Source of the DNA: Octopus sinensis
Taxonomy: Eukaryota
Length of the DNA: 21,650 bases
Assembly: GCF_006345805.1 (NCBI RefSeq)
Contig: NW_021823678.1
Coordinates: forward strand, 1-21,650
Direction of reading: 5' to 3'
Shown one piece after another: positions 20,269 to 21,650 of the stretch. How positions within the stretch are numbered: the first letter of the stretch is position 1; the number at the start of each line of letters is the position of its first letter. The translations under genes and the position numbers were made by a program. The notes under the pieces were generated by a model that did not search any database, had not been told where the DNA came from, and saw nothing but the letters and a program-made list of their open reading frames with translations.

Positions 20269-20485
20269 TACACGGGGAGGTGCTGAAAAGTTCTCACCTT
20301 TACGGGTGTCGTGAAAGGCCTAGCTGGAGTTCCAGCCTTCCGAGTTCTTTTACGGGGCTTATGAAGGTGCACTGCAATAAATGTGTGAATCTGAGAGGTG
20401 AATGTATTGAATAATATTATAATTATGTGATCCTCCTCTGTTTTTATTTTTACCCAAAGCCAGGAACTTTTCATCACCCCTCGTA
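20269..20485 (+). mobile_element. Tc1/mariner internal-deletion derivative
   Basis: TA-flanked imperfect TIRs: TACACGGGGAGGTGCTGAAAAGTTC on the left and CCAGGAACTTTTCATCACCCCTCGTA on the right. The internal NKCVNLRGECIE* (20376-20414) matches the mariner transposase C-terminal KC(V/I)..GEY(V/F)E. Confidence 0.85.
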
Positions 20486-20548
20486 TGACAACTCTATTAA
20501 AGATTGCTCCAAACAAAGCTAGACAATGTCATAAGGGCAAGACTCGAA

Positions 20549-20726
20549 GAATTCACGAAAAAAGCAAAAGACGAAGACAGTTGGTGTAGACAGCAAACAG
20601 ATGTATTAGTATAACGCTCGGGAAGTGAAAAGGTCTTTAACGTTTCGAGCCTACGCTCTTCAACAGAAAGGAACACAGAAAGAAACAAGGAGAAAAAATA
20701 AAGAATGTGTAGTGGCTAGCGATCTA
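20549..20726 (-). mobile_element. Small hammerhead-variant element, copy 3 (best preserved)
   Basis: Reverse complement is homologous to 8361-8500 and 12499-12685. Confidence 0.85.
20635..20670 (-). ncRNA. Minimal hammerhead-like motif with CUGUUGA core and ACGU helix III
   Basis: Minus strand: CTTT | CTGTTGA A | GAGC GTAG GCTC | GAAA CG T T | AAAG. Helices I and II are perfect; core position 6 is U instead of A. Confidence 0.6.
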
Positions 20727-20729
20727 ATA

Positions 20730-21150
20730 CATTTATGTTGTAAACAAACTCATAAGCGCATAATGTGTCGGTTTTCTACAGAAAATAAAGGATTTCTCGA
20801 ACGCTTAGAAAATCGGGCAAATACCCTTTCGAAGATGAAAAAAAGTGGCCATAAAGACTCTACAGGGATTCGAAAGCTGTAACTCGGAAATTTCGCGTGT
20901 GCGGTCTGTACTATCAAACTAAGGGACCCCTGTAAACAATTATTGTTTATTTATAATGTTAGAACATTTTGTAAGCGAACTGATAAACGCCAAATGTGTC
21001 GGCATTTTACAGAAAATAAAGGAATTCTCGAACCCAGGGTGGCTGTGGAGACAAATGGCCACATTTTACCGTCTTCTAAAGGGTATTTACCTGATTTCTA
21101 AGCTGTCTTCACAGCCGTCCTACGTTCAAAAATCTTTATTTTCTGCAGAA
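20730..21150. repeat. Fold-back structure with direct and inverted sub-repeats
   Basis: Inverted arms 20774-20851 and 21054-21150; direct repeat 20762-20802 / 20993-21033. Confidence 0.7.
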
Positions 21151-21171
21151 TATATATATATATATATATAT

Positions 21172-21206
<35 letters not shown>

Positions 21207-21520
21207 CATGCATACATATAGATACAGAAAGACGGTGAGAGAGAGAGGCATATTTAGTTTTATATGTTATATTATTTCTTTCTTCATAAACTCTGCAGTT
21301 TCTAGTTTGGTGAAGTAGTTCTTTACATGATGGGAATCGATTTTTTTTCTTTTACTTTTAATAACGGACGCCATCTTTATTCTTTCAATGCGTTTTTCTC
21401 ATATCCACTCCACCATCACAACTACAACCACTACAGCCAGCACGATCTCCAACTCCACCTGCACCACCACCACCAAAACCATCACCAACACCACCACCAC
21501 CACCACTACCCCCATCATCA
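21150..21520. repeat. (TA)n and (ACC)n/(ATC)n low-complexity tracts
   Basis: Directly visible. Confidence 0.9.
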
Positions 21521-21650
21521 TCATAATCAGTCTTTACCAGATGATTGCTCTGCATGTGGTAGACGAATCCTATATTCTGAAATGACAAGAATAGTCTTTT
21601 TCGTTCTTTTTATTTTATGCGTCAAAAAGCAAGAAAATTTAAACAAAATA

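Noticed and set aside
1-21650. CRISPR arrays, prokaryotic operons, tRNA or rRNA genes
   Set aside because: No regularly spaced repeat-spacer array and no gene-dense coding. The Pol III boxes belong to SINE heads that do not fold into complete cloverleaves.

Overview
Eukaryotic, AT-rich, microsatellite-saturated intergenic or intronic DNA. The SINE families and repeat density suggest a cephalopod, probably Octopus (inference from recall, not a database search). I cannot support any intact host gene, and almost all ORFs in the supplied track are translations of (TA)n/(CA)n/(TATC)n/(CAT)n repeats. The window holds about a dozen tRNA-derived SINE copies from three families, two RTE-type LINE remnants, the 3' end of an R4/Dong-like RLE LINE embedded in (CATA)n, a mariner deletion derivative and a frameshifted Penelope-like (PLE) GIY-YIG endonuclease relic. 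The main unexplained signal is a set of small non-coding elements carrying type I hammerhead ribozyme folds. Two well-formed hammerheads (4755-4813, 10286-10374) sit in units whose direct and inverted terminal redundancy implies 426-nt and 486-nt circular or multimeric RNA monomers with a shared modular layout. A third family has three dispersed copies of a minimal hammerhead with an atypical CUGUNGA core and a loopless palindromic ACGU helix III. Together these look like retrozyme-type, PLE-mobilised ribozyme elements; whether these particular families are already described would need checking.
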